Origin: Chlorobiaceae bacterium
GTDB taxonomy: Bacteria; Bacteroidota; Ignavibacteria; Ignavibacteriales; Ignavibacteriaceae
Reading direction: 5' to 3'
NCBI GenBank assembly: GCA_013824085.1
Contig: PNNF01000011.1
Coordinates: forward strand, 1,301 to 65,300
Length of the DNA: 64,000 nt
Shown: piece by piece, positions 47,384 through 55,376 of the stretch
How the letters are laid out: every line of letters starts with the position of its first letter
Position numbering within the stretch: the stretch's first letter is position 1
Translations under genes and position numbers: made by a program
Notes under the pieces: generated by a model
Databases searched by the model: none
What the model was told of the DNA's origin: nothing
Seen by the model: the letters and a program-made list of their open reading frames with translations, nothing else

Positions 47384-48138
47384 CTAAAAAAGAAAAAATA
47401 ATAAGCTTCGGAATTTTATTGGTCTTACTGATCAGTGTAGGATTCTTCACACTATTCTCAATAGTTGAAGAAGAGCCAATAAAAATAAGCTCAGTGGAAA
47501 TTAATTCCATCTCACTTTTGCCTGAAGAAGATTATTTGCAATTTATAAAACTTGAAACAATTAAAGATGATTCTAAAAATAAACTTGCAGAAATAAGAAA
47601 AAGAATTTTAGTGCATCCTTATGTCGAAAATGTAAAAGTAGAATTATCTGTTGACAATAAAATTATTATCGAAATTAAAGAAAAAAATATTGTTGCTTCT
47701 TTGTTAGTGAATGAAAAAATTTATCTACTATCAGAAAAATATGAACTTCTTCCTTCACTGATGAATTTACAAAACTCAGATTATCCTTTAATTACAAACT
47801 CTGAACTGACTGAAGTAAATCTGAACGAATATTATTCAATACCTGAATTGAAAAAAGCATTTAGAATTATTGAGTCGATAAAAATTGTTGATGAAAATTT
47901 ATTGAAGAAATTATCTGAAGTGAATTTAAGAAAGGGAAAAGATATTGTTCTCAATTTTACTGGATGGAATGCAATTGTAATCATAGGAAAAAATAATATT
48001 GAAGAAAAAATAATTTATCTATCTCACGCAAGAACAACAAACGAGATAAAAGAAATCCTAAACTACAGTGACTACATTGATTTGCGATACAAAGAGAGTA
48101 TCTACTTTGGAAAAAATATGAACACAGGAAATTTATAA
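47380..48138 (+). CDS. ftsQ: cell division protein FtsQ
   Basis: N-terminal TM segment and a POTRA-like segment. It lies between murC and ftsA and overlaps the murC stop (ATGA). Confidence 0.75.
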   Translation: MTKKEKIISFGILLVLLISVGFFTLFSIVEEEPIKISSVEINSISLLPEEDYLQFIKLETIKDDSKNKLAEIRKRILVHPYVENVKVELSVDNKIIIEIKEKNIVASLLVNEKIYLLSEKYELLPSLMNLQNSDYPLITNSELTEVNLNEYYSIPELKKAFRIIESIKIVDENLLKKLSEVNLRKGKDIVLNFTGWNAIVIIGKNNIEEKIIYLSHARTTNEIKEILNYSDYIDLRYKESIYFGKNMNTGNL

Positions 48139-49386
48139 ATGAAAAAAAATATTATTGCTGGATTGGATTTAGGTACAACAAAAGTTTGTGCTGTAATATC
48201 TGAAATTCAAGATGATAAAATTAAAATTCTCGGCTTTGGTGTTGCTGTATCTGAAGGTATGCATAGAGGTTTAGTGAATAATATCAGCAAAACTTCCGAA
48301 GCAATTAAAACCGCAGTTTCGATTGCAGAGAATAGAGCCGGGGTTGCAATAAAGCAAGTGAACGTTGGTGTTGCGGGTGAGCACATCACAAGTTTGCGTC
48401 ACAGAAATTATGTAACCATCACCAACGAAGATCATGAAATCACGAAAGAAGATTTACAGCGACTTGAAAATGATGTAAGAACAATTCGTATTCCGGGTGA
48501 CAAGCAAATTTTACACATAATTCCAGAAGAATTTTTTGTTGATGATCAAGGACAAATTGATAATCCAATTGGAATGACGGGAAGCAGATTAGAAGCCACT
48601 AATCATATCGTATTGGCTTCTGCAGCTGCAATGCAAAATATTAAAAAAGCAGTTGAACGAGCTGGTTTACAAGTCAACCAATATATTCTTCAACCTATTG
48701 CTTCATCTGCATCTGTGTTAGAAGAGAGTGAAAAAGATCTTGGAACTTTATTAATCGATATTGGTGGAGGCACTACCGACATTGCAATCATTCATCACAA
48801 AGCAATTAAACATTCAAAAGTTTTTGGAGTTGCGGGAAACCAAGTTACAAATGATATTAGAGAAACACTCGGAGTGATTGACACTGAAGCTGAAAAATTA
48901 AAAAAAGAATATGGCTTCGCTCTGGTCTCTTCCATTATTGAAGACAAAGAAATTATTATCAGAACTGGTGGTGCTCGTGCGAACGTAAAAATTCCAACAA
49001 GCGTTTTAACACAAATTATTTCTTACAGAATGAGAGAACTTTTTACACTCATCGACAACGCAGTTAAGAGCGAAGGATTAAAATCTAAAATACGCTCCGG
49101 AGTAGTTTTAACAGGCGGAGGATCACTCTTGAGAGGCGTAACAGATTTAGCCGAAGAAGTATTTGGATTGCCTGCGCGACTTGGCGTTCCTCTTGAACAG
49201 TCAACAGGTGTTCTGAGTGAAATTGAAAAACCAGAATTTGCTACTGTGGTTGGTTTATTGAAAGGTGTTCCCGGAGTTAAGGCAACATCTACAACAATAA
49301 AATTCCAATCCACAAATAAGAAAAAAAGAAAAAATCCATTCAAGGCAGTCTGGAATGGGATTAATCAGTTTTTTAAAGATTTATAA
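48139..49386 (+). CDS. ftsA: cell division protein FtsA
   Basis: Actin-fold motifs (GLDLGTTKVCAV, DIGGGTTDIA, LTGGGSLL) and a C-terminal amphipathic helix (FKAVWNGINQFFKDL). Confidence 0.95.
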   Translation: MKKNIIAGLDLGTTKVCAVISEIQDDKIKILGFGVAVSEGMHRGLVNNISKTSEAIKTAVSIAENRAGVAIKQVNVGVAGEHITSLRHRNYVTITNEDHEITKEDLQRLENDVRTIRIPGDKQILHIIPEEFFVDDQGQIDNPIGMTGSRLEATNHIVLASAAAMQNIKKAVERAGLQVNQYILQPIASSASVLEESEKDLGTLLIDIGGGTTDIAIIHHKAIKHSKVFGVAGNQVTNDIRETLGVIDTEAEKLKKEYGFALVSSIIEDKEIIIRTGGARANVKIPTSVLTQIISYRMRELFTLIDNAVKSEGLKSKIRSGVVLTGGGSLLRGVTDLAEEVFGLPARLGVPLEQSTGVLSEIEKPEFATVVGLLKGVPGVKATSTTIKFQSTNKKKRKNPFKAVWNGINQFFKDL

Positions 49387-49409
49387 ATCACTTTATTATA
49401 GGAGGTACA

Positions 49410-50711
49410 GTGACTGAACATAGAAATAACCGATTCTTTTCTCTTGATGTTGAAAAGAAAATGGGCGCAACATTAAAGGTTGTCGGCGTTGGCGGCGGCG
49501 GATGCAATGCTATTGACTCAATGATTCAAAAAGACTTGAATAGCGTTGAATACATTGCCGTAAATACTGACGCACAAGTATTGAAAGGTAGTTTAGCTTC
49601 TTCAACAATTTTAGTTGGAAGTCAAATTACAAGAGGACTTGGAGCTGGCGGAAATCCGGAAGTTGGAAGAAAAGCAGTTGAGGAAGATCGTGAAAAAATT
49701 GTAGAAGCCCTTAGTGGAAGTGACATGGTTTTTGTTACTACTGGAATGGGAGGAGGAACAGGAACTGGCGGCGCTCCCGTTGTAGCTTCAATCGCAAAAA
49801 GTGTCGGCGCTCTCGTAGTTGGAATTGTAACCAAGCCTTTCCGTTGGGAAGGAAAACAAAAAATGCTCAACGCTGAAAATGGAATTAACGAATTAAAACA
49901 ATATGTCGATAGTCTTATCGTTATTCCAAACGAGCGAATTATTAATTTGTATGGAAAAGAGATCAGCGCTTTCCAAGCATTTGACAAACCAAATGAAGTC
50001 CTATTTGAAGCAGTAAGAGGTATTGCAGATATTATTAATATCAGAGGATTAATAAATGTTGACTTCGCTGATGTTCGTGCAGTTATGAACCAAAGTGGTG
50101 TTGCTATTATGGGCTGCGGAAATGCAAGCGGCGAAAATAGAGCAATCAATGCGGCACAACAAGCCATCTCATCGCCTCTACTTGAAGGTGCAAGTATTAA
50201 AGGTGCTAAGAGTATTCTTATTAATATTACTGGCTCTAGTAATCTTACGCTTCAAGAAATTACTGAAGGCAACAACGTAATCTTCGAAGCAGCAGGCGAA
50301 GAAACTCACGTAATATTTGGTGTAGTCAATAAACCTGAAATGAATGAATATGTTTCTTACACTGTTATTGCAACAGGATTTAATGAACAAAAAAGAAATG
50401 TTACAATTCCCGGAGTTGAAAATACAACAACTAAGAAGGTGAATAAATCAGTTCTTAAATCGGGATTCGACTTAAGAAGTTATCAAGATGTTGACGAAAA
50501 AGATATTACTGTCCCTACGATTATTCGTGCATCAAAAAATAATTTGGAAAAGGAAGAGGATGAAAATATAGTTCAACCAAGTTTTAATTTTGACAAGTTC
50601 AAAAAAATTCCGTTTGAACAACAATTTAAAGATGGCAAAAATTCAGATTCCAATAACCAAAAAGAAGAAGATGATGATAGCTCAGCTTTCTTAAGAATGA
50701 TCATGGATTAA
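49410..50711 (+). CDS. ftsZ: cell division protein FtsZ
   Basis: GVGGGGCNA and the tubulin signature GMGGGTGTGGAPV. C-terminal linker plus conserved tail SSAFLRMIMD. GTG start 7 nt after AGGAGG. Confidence 0.96.
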   Translation: MTEHRNNRFFSLDVEKKMGATLKVVGVGGGGCNAIDSMIQKDLNSVEYIAVNTDAQVLKGSLASSTILVGSQITRGLGAGGNPEVGRKAVEEDREKIVEALSGSDMVFVTTGMGGGTGTGGAPVVASIAKSVGALVVGIVTKPFRWEGKQKMLNAENGINELKQYVDSLIVIPNERIINLYGKEISAFQAFDKPNEVLFEAVRGIADIINIRGLINVDFADVRAVMNQSGVAIMGCGNASGENRAINAAQQAISSPLLEGASIKGAKSILINITGSSNLTLQEITEGNNVIFEAAGEETHVIFGVVNKPEMNEYVSYTVIATGFNEQKRNVTIPGVENTTTKKVNKSVLKSGFDLRSYQDVDEKDITVPTIIRASKNNLEKEEDENIVQPSFNFDKFKKIPFEQQFKDGKNSDSNNQKEEDDDSSAFLRMIMD

Positions 50712-50721
50712 TTTTATTGAT

Positions 50722-50755
50722 AAGAACAGTGGCTTACCTCCTGGTCACTGTTCTT
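50722..50755. terminator. hairpin shared by convergent ftsZ and the CPXCG gene
   Basis: AAGAACAGTG ... CACTGTTCTT, a perfect 10-bp stem with a 14-nt loop, followed by TTATT. It overlaps the stop of the minus-strand gene. Confidence 0.6.
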
Positions 50756-50949
50756 TATTCATCAATGTAGCGAACATCTACAAAAATATTTTCTTCTTCA
50801 TCTGTCTGAATAATCACCCGGTTAGGCATGTGACAAATTCGGCAAGTCTCCACAAAATCTTGTTTACCTGAAATAGTAAAATCAATTTCCACCGTGTTAT
50901 GAACTCCACAATACTGACAAACCCATACAATTTCGTCTAACGCTAACAT
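50755..50949 (-). CDS. CPXCG-motif cysteine-rich (zinc-ribbon) protein
   Basis: 64 aa with CQYCG...C(R)ICH pairs and an acidic tail, resembling the small CPXCG family. GGAG lies upstream of the ATG. Confidence 0.65.
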   Translation of the reverse strand: MLALDEIVWVCQYCGVHNTVEIDFTISGKQDFVETCRICHMPNRVIIQTDEEENIFVDVRYIDE

Positions 50950-51100
50950 AACTTCTCCGAATTATTTTTTTTACTTAACATAAACAAACGCTTTCTTATG
51001 ATCAATCTCAACTGAAATAAATTTCTCTACTTCTTTGAAAATTCTTTCCTTAATTTTGATAATTAAAAAAAATTGCAAACTTAACCCAAAACTTCCTTCT

Positions 51101-51548
51101 ACGCAACGCGGATTTAGATCTGCGAACATCAGCGTTTGAAAATCAGCGTCATCAGCGTTCCAATGTAGCAGAAAGAGAACGCGGATAAAGCGGATGCTGC
51201 GCAACGCGGATTTAGATTAGCGATTATCTGCGGTTGAAAATCGGCGTCATCAGCGTTCCAATGTAACAGAAGGAGAACGCGGATTTAGATTAGCGATTAT
51301 CAGCGTTTGGAAATCAGCGTCATCAGCGTTCCAATGTAACAGAAAGAGAACGCGGATAAAGCGGATGCTGCGCAACGCGGATTTAGATCGGCGAACATCA
51401 GCGGTTGAAAATCAGCGTCATCAGCGTTCCAATTTAGCAGAAAGAGAACGCGGATAAAGCGGATGCTACGCAACGCGGATTTAGATCTGCGAAGATCAGC
51501 GCTATCTGCGGGACAAATAGTTCCCGCTGATTTACGCGGATTACAACA
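51101..51548. repeat. tandem repeat array, 98-bp unit, about 4.5 copies (one copy 73 bp)
   Basis: The landmark TTTAGAT recurs at 51113, 51211, 51284, 51382 and 51480, giving periods of 98, 73, 98 and 98. Unit: ACGCAACGCGGATTTAGATCTGCGAACATCAGCGTTTGAAAATCAGCGTCATCAGCGTTCCAATGTAGCAGAAAGAGAACGCGGATAAAGCGGATGCT. By hand count one unit has 47 of 98 G+C, clearly above the AT-rich flanks. Confidence 0.9.
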
Positions 51549-51755
51549 AAACATAAAGTAGTTTTTAGCGGTGCCCTAAATTCTTTCAAGAATAATTTTC
51601 TATTGACTTTTGAAAAATGAAAAACTATTTTAGTGCTCAAATGTTCACTATTATTGTTTTAGCATCTCACATTTTTAACGAGTTGTTAAATGACAATAAA
51701 TTAATTGACACGGACATTTGGTTCTAATTTTTTTAAAGCAAAGTTTAGATTTTTA

Positions 51756-53444
51756 ATGAAAGAGATAACTGATAATTCTACAATAGATTTTTTGCATCTG
51801 AAAGAGTACGAACTACCAAGCAGAAATAAATCAAATATTTTTTATTTGCATCCTCCAATCTTGCGGAACAAAGGCGGAGTTAATTTTGATATTTTCGATT
51901 ACGAAACATTGTTCAATGACGAAGCAGTTAAAAAACTAATTCGTGAAGGAAATACAATCGGTTGTTTTTATATCGAGTCGCCAGGAATGCGTTCACTGCT
52001 AAAAAAATTAAATGTCGAAACATTTTCTATGCTAACTGCTGCGAGTTCAGTCATACGTCCCGGAGTAGCAGAGAGTGGAATGATGCAAGAATTTATTGCA
52101 CGACACAAAGACCCAAGTAAAAGAAAATATCTTATTCCAGAGATGGAAAAAATTTTGGGTGAAACTTATGGCGTTATGATTTATCAAGAGGATGTAATAA
52201 AAGTTGCTCATCACATTGCTGGGTTATCACTTGAGGAAGCTGATCTTTTAAGGCGTGCAATGAGTGGAAAAATGCGCTCACACAATGCAATGAATAAATT
52301 AAAGAACAATTTTTTTGTTTCTTGTGAAGCTCGAGGATTAACAAAAAATATTTCGCAAGAACTTTGGCGACAGATAGAATCATTTGCGGGCTACGCATTT
52401 TGCAAAGCTCACAGCGCATCATTCGCAGTTCTTTCTTATCAAGTCGCTTATTTGAAAGTTCATTATCCCGCAGAATTTATGGCGGCAGTTCTTAGCAACG
52501 GTGGAGGTTATTATGCTGCGGCAGTTTATATCTGGGAAGCAAAAAGACTTGGAATAAAAATTCTGCTTCCGTGCATAAATAGAAGTGAGGCAAATTACAA
52601 AGGGAAAGAACGATTAGTTCGGATCGGATTAAATGCAATCAAAAATTTTTCTTCAGCTTCAATTAAAATAATTATCAGTGAACGAAATCAAAATGGAAAC
52701 TATAAATCACTTCTCGATTTTCTCGTTCGTACAAAAATTGGAATTGAGGAGACAAAAAGTTTAATAAAATGTGGAGCAATGAATTGCTTCAAACAAACGC
52801 GTCCAACATTGATGCGGCTGCTCGACATTTACATTCATCACAGAAAAATTTTGGACAACAGTTATAACAATCTCTTTATGAGCGATTCTTTTGAACTAGA
52901 AAAAGATGTGGTAACAAACATTGATTATAGCATTGAAGAAAAATGTCAAATCGAATTTGAGACTTTTGATTTTATGGTAACTCGGCATCCACTGGAATTT
53001 TTTTTTCCGTATCTCAATAACAAAGGAAATGTTACTGCGGTTGATATGCACAGACACAACGGAAAAAAAATCAAAATGATTGGATGGTATATCAGCTCAA
53101 AAAGAATTAGAACAAAAAAGGGAGAGATAATGAAATTTCTTTCTGTCGAAGATTTAACTGGAACTTATGAAGCAGTAATTTTTCCTAAAGTCTATTCTGA
53201 AATTGCAGAGAAAACACTTTCGATGGGACCATACGTATTTGAAGGAAGAGTAGATGCTGCGGGAGGAAATAATTTGATTGTCGAAAAACTCGAACTGATA
53301 ACAGTGCAGGCGCTTAAATCATCGCTACAAAAAGATAGCGTTGAAAATCAATACTTCGGTGATGAAGAAAAAATTTATGAAAATGATTTCGCTCTTGCTG
53401 AAATGTTAAATCAAGGGGAATTAATTTCTGCTTATCTCGCTTAG
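51756..53444 (+). CDS. DNA polymerase III alpha-family (DnaE2/ImuC-like) C-terminal fragment; N-terminal PHP and most of the palm absent
   Basis: Contains only fingers, HhH and OB regions: TIDFLHL (equivalent of the KFDFLGL motif), GCFYIESPGM, VIRPG, YGVMIYQEDV, EEADLLRRAMSGK, FAGYAFCKAHSASFAVLSYQVAYLKVHYPAEFMAAVLSNGGGYY and an OB fold (KMIGWYISSKRIRTKKGEIMKFLSVEDLTG). Full alpha subunits are about 1000-1200 aa; this ORF has 563 codons from ATG 51756, or 579 from TTG 51705. Confidence 0.7.
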   Translation: MKEITDNSTIDFLHLKEYELPSRNKSNIFYLHPPILRNKGGVNFDIFDYETLFNDEAVKKLIREGNTIGCFYIESPGMRSLLKKLNVETFSMLTAASSVIRPGVAESGMMQEFIARHKDPSKRKYLIPEMEKILGETYGVMIYQEDVIKVAHHIAGLSLEEADLLRRAMSGKMRSHNAMNKLKNNFFVSCEARGLTKNISQELWRQIESFAGYAFCKAHSASFAVLSYQVAYLKVHYPAEFMAAVLSNGGGYYAAAVYIWEAKRLGIKILLPCINRSEANYKGKERLVRIGLNAIKNFSSASIKIIISERNQNGNYKSLLDFLVRTKIGIEETKSLIKCGAMNCFKQTRPTLMRLLDIYIHHRKILDNSYNNLFMSDSFELEKDVVTNIDYSIEEKCQIEFETFDFMVTRHPLEFFFPYLNNKGNVTAVDMHRHNGKKIKMIGWYISSKRIRTKKGEIMKFLSVEDLTGTYEAVIFPKVYSEIAEKTLSMGPYVFEGRVDAAGGNNLIVEKLELITVQALKSSLQKDSVENQYFGDEEKIYENDFALAEMLNQGELISAYLA

Positions 53445-53496
53445 GTAGTCTTTGTAATTATTGCTAAATTCAAAGATAAATTTTTTAAGAATGTGA

Positions 53497-54126
53497 ATGA
53501 CAGCTATTAAGAACGATAATCCCAAAAAATTAAGTGTAAAAGAAGAATTTAAAATTCTCGCAGCAAAATTACGTGATCGAGAAAAATTGACTTTAGGTGA
53601 AGTTCTCGATTTCTTAAAAGAAAATGCATATCATTTTATGATAATTCTGCTTTGCCTTCCATTTGTACAGCCAGTACCAATGATGGGGTTATCATCAATA
53701 CTTGGTATTGTAATTGCACTTATTGGATTATCATTTGCTATGGGAAGAATGCCCAAGTTACCGAAAAAAATTCTTGATGTTAAGCTTCCTGATAAATTTA
53801 TGTATTATGTTTTTCTTGCCTCTGAAAAAGTTTTTTCATTCTTAGAAAAATTTATTAAGTCAAGACTTGTCTCTATTTCGACAAACAAATTAATTGCGCG
53901 AGTGAGTGGTGGATTTATTTTTGTTGCCGCATTATTTTTAATGCTTCCAGTTCCTATTCCATTTACAAATACTCTCCCAACCTATGCGATTCTTTTGATA
54001 ACTATTGGTGAACTTGAAGAAGATGGATTATTGATTATTGGTGGCTATCTGATGTTTGTTGCAACAGTGATTTATTTTTTACTACTATTACTTGGGAGTT
54101 TAGAATTAGTTCAATTTGCTGTTTGA
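53497..54126 (+). CDS. ExoD-family exopolysaccharide synthesis membrane protein
   Basis: LTLGEVLDFL...LLCLPFVQPVPMMGLSSILG...GRMPKLPKKI matches the ExoD pattern. Four hydrophobic segments. Confidence 0.7.
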   Translation: MTAIKNDNPKKLSVKEEFKILAAKLRDREKLTLGEVLDFLKENAYHFMIILLCLPFVQPVPMMGLSSILGIVIALIGLSFAMGRMPKLPKKILDVKLPDKFMYYVFLASEKVFSFLEKFIKSRLVSISTNKLIARVSGGFIFVAALFLMLPVPIPFTNTLPTYAILLITIGELEEDGLLIIGGYLMFVATVIYFLLLLLGSLELVQFAV

Positions 54127-54132
54127 TAAAAA

Positions 54133-55299
54133 TCAACCTTTGACTACGGCCAATGGTGAAAGCTCTAAAACGATATCGACTAAATCTTTCTGATTATTCA
54201 TAACAACTGAAATATCTTTATAAGCGCTTGGTGCTTCATCTAAATCATTTTTCGAACGAATCGAATGAATGATGCCGAGTTTGTCAAGTTTATTTTTTTC
54301 TTCGAGAAAATTTAGAGTTCGTTGAGCTTCTTTTCTTCCCAATTTTCTTCCCGCACCGTGTGAACAAGATTCAAAACTCTCTTTGTTTCCTTTTCCTTTA
54401 ACAATAAAACTAACTGCTCCTTGCGAACCCGGGATTATTCCAATCTCATTTAACTTTGCACTCGTTGCACCTTTTCGATGAACAACAACTTCTTTATGAA
54501 AATGAGTTTCAATTGCGGCATAGTTGTGTGCAATGTTTACAAAATTGTCAAAAATAATTTTTTCATTTATCACTGATGTGATTGCAGCTTTAATATTTTC
54601 CAACATAAGTTTTCTATTTTGGAAAGCAAACTCTAAACAAAAACTCATCTCAATAAAATATTTTCTTCCTTCATTTGAGTCTAACAATAAATGAGCAAGG
54701 TCAAAAGATTTGGGAACTTTTGATTTGAGTTTTTCATTCAAGTTTTTCGCAGTCTTATCATAGTAAGCAGCAGTTTTGTAACCAATGTTTCTGCTACCGG
54801 AGTGAATCATTATCCAAATAAAACCATCACTTCCTTTTTGAATTTCGATAAAATGATTTCCACCTCCCAAAGTTCCAATCTGATAAAGTGCACTTTCATA
54901 TTCTTGATTAACAATTATTGTGTCACTGAAATTAACTTTTGGCATTAAACTCTCATCACAAGGTCTGTTGTGATGCTTCATTCCAACTGGAATTAACTCA
55001 CGAATTTTAGACATAATTTTTTTCAAGTTTTCGTGATCAATTTCTTTTAAGGAAGTTCTTTGCGCACACATTCCGCAGCCAATATCAACACCAACAGCGT
55101 TTGGAATAATGTTATCAGTAGTTGCAAGCACTCCGCCAATTGGCATTCCAAAACCAACGTGAGAGTCGGGCATTATTGCGATGTGCTTAAAAACAAAGGG
55201 AAGATTCGCAAGATTTTTTGCTTGTTGCAGCGCTTGCGAGTCGATATCATCCAACCAAAGTTTAATAGGAACTTTTTCTGTCGTAATTTCTTTTTTCAT
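54133..55299 (-). CDS. rtcB: RtcB-family RNA 3'-phosphate ligase
   Basis: Metal and GMP ligand motifs are present: MPDSHVGFGMPIGGV, VGVDIGCGM, GGGNHFIE, HSGSRNIGY, HNY, HRKGAT, PGSQG and CSHGAGR. ATG 55299 is preferred over TTG 55314. Confidence 0.9.
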   Translation of the reverse strand: MKKEITTEKVPIKLWLDDIDSQALQQAKNLANLPFVFKHIAIMPDSHVGFGMPIGGVLATTDNIIPNAVGVDIGCGMCAQRTSLKEIDHENLKKIMSKIRELIPVGMKHHNRPCDESLMPKVNFSDTIIVNQEYESALYQIGTLGGGNHFIEIQKGSDGFIWIMIHSGSRNIGYKTAAYYDKTAKNLNEKLKSKVPKSFDLAHLLLDSNEGRKYFIEMSFCLEFAFQNRKLMLENIKAAITSVINEKIIFDNFVNIAHNYAAIETHFHKEVVVHRKGATSAKLNEIGIIPGSQGAVSFIVKGKGNKESFESCSHGAGRKLGRKEAQRTLNFLEEKNKLDKLGIIHSIRSKNDLDEAPSAYKDISVVMNNQKDLVDIVLELSPLAVVKG

Positions 55300-55376
55300 T
55301 TTATGTAAAAACAAAATTTTATATTTGACATTGTCTCTTTAATTTTTCAATATCAATTTAACAAATCTGACTAATT

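Noticed and set aside
49622-50167. 181-aa antisense ORF inside ftsZ
   Set aside because: It is a shadow ORF opposite the Gly/Ala/Val-rich, G+C-richer part of an unambiguous ftsZ. It has low-complexity P/A/T composition.
51101-51548. CRISPR array interpretation of the regularly spaced repeats
   Set aside because: The whole 98-bp period is repeated, so there are no unique spacers. The unit is far longer than CRISPR repeats, and no cas genes are present in the window.
50971-51640. Listed minus-strand ORFs 50971..51204, 51300..51554 and 51434..51640 as protein genes
   Set aside because: They are read almost entirely through the tandem repeat, giving repetitive IRFIRVLFLL.WNADDADFQ.LMFADLNPRC peptides. 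They overlap each other in different frames and lack ribosome-binding sites. Only the last roughly 28 codons of 50971..51204 lie in unique sequence; this is noted in the repeat finding as a possible gene remnant.
51635-51646. Possible LexA (Cheo-type GAAC-N4-GTTC) box GCTCAAATGTTC upstream of the DnaE2-like fragment
   Set aside because: The left arm has two mismatches to GAAC. The LexA motif of this lineage is unknown to me, and there is a single occurrence. This is too weak to call.
51705-53444. Split-intein (cyanobacterial dnaE-n/dnaE-c style) explanation for the half polymerase gene
   Set aside because: The N-terminus shows no IntC-like sequence. The cyanobacterial split site, next to the FNKSH/CKAHS block, is intact and internal to this ORF.
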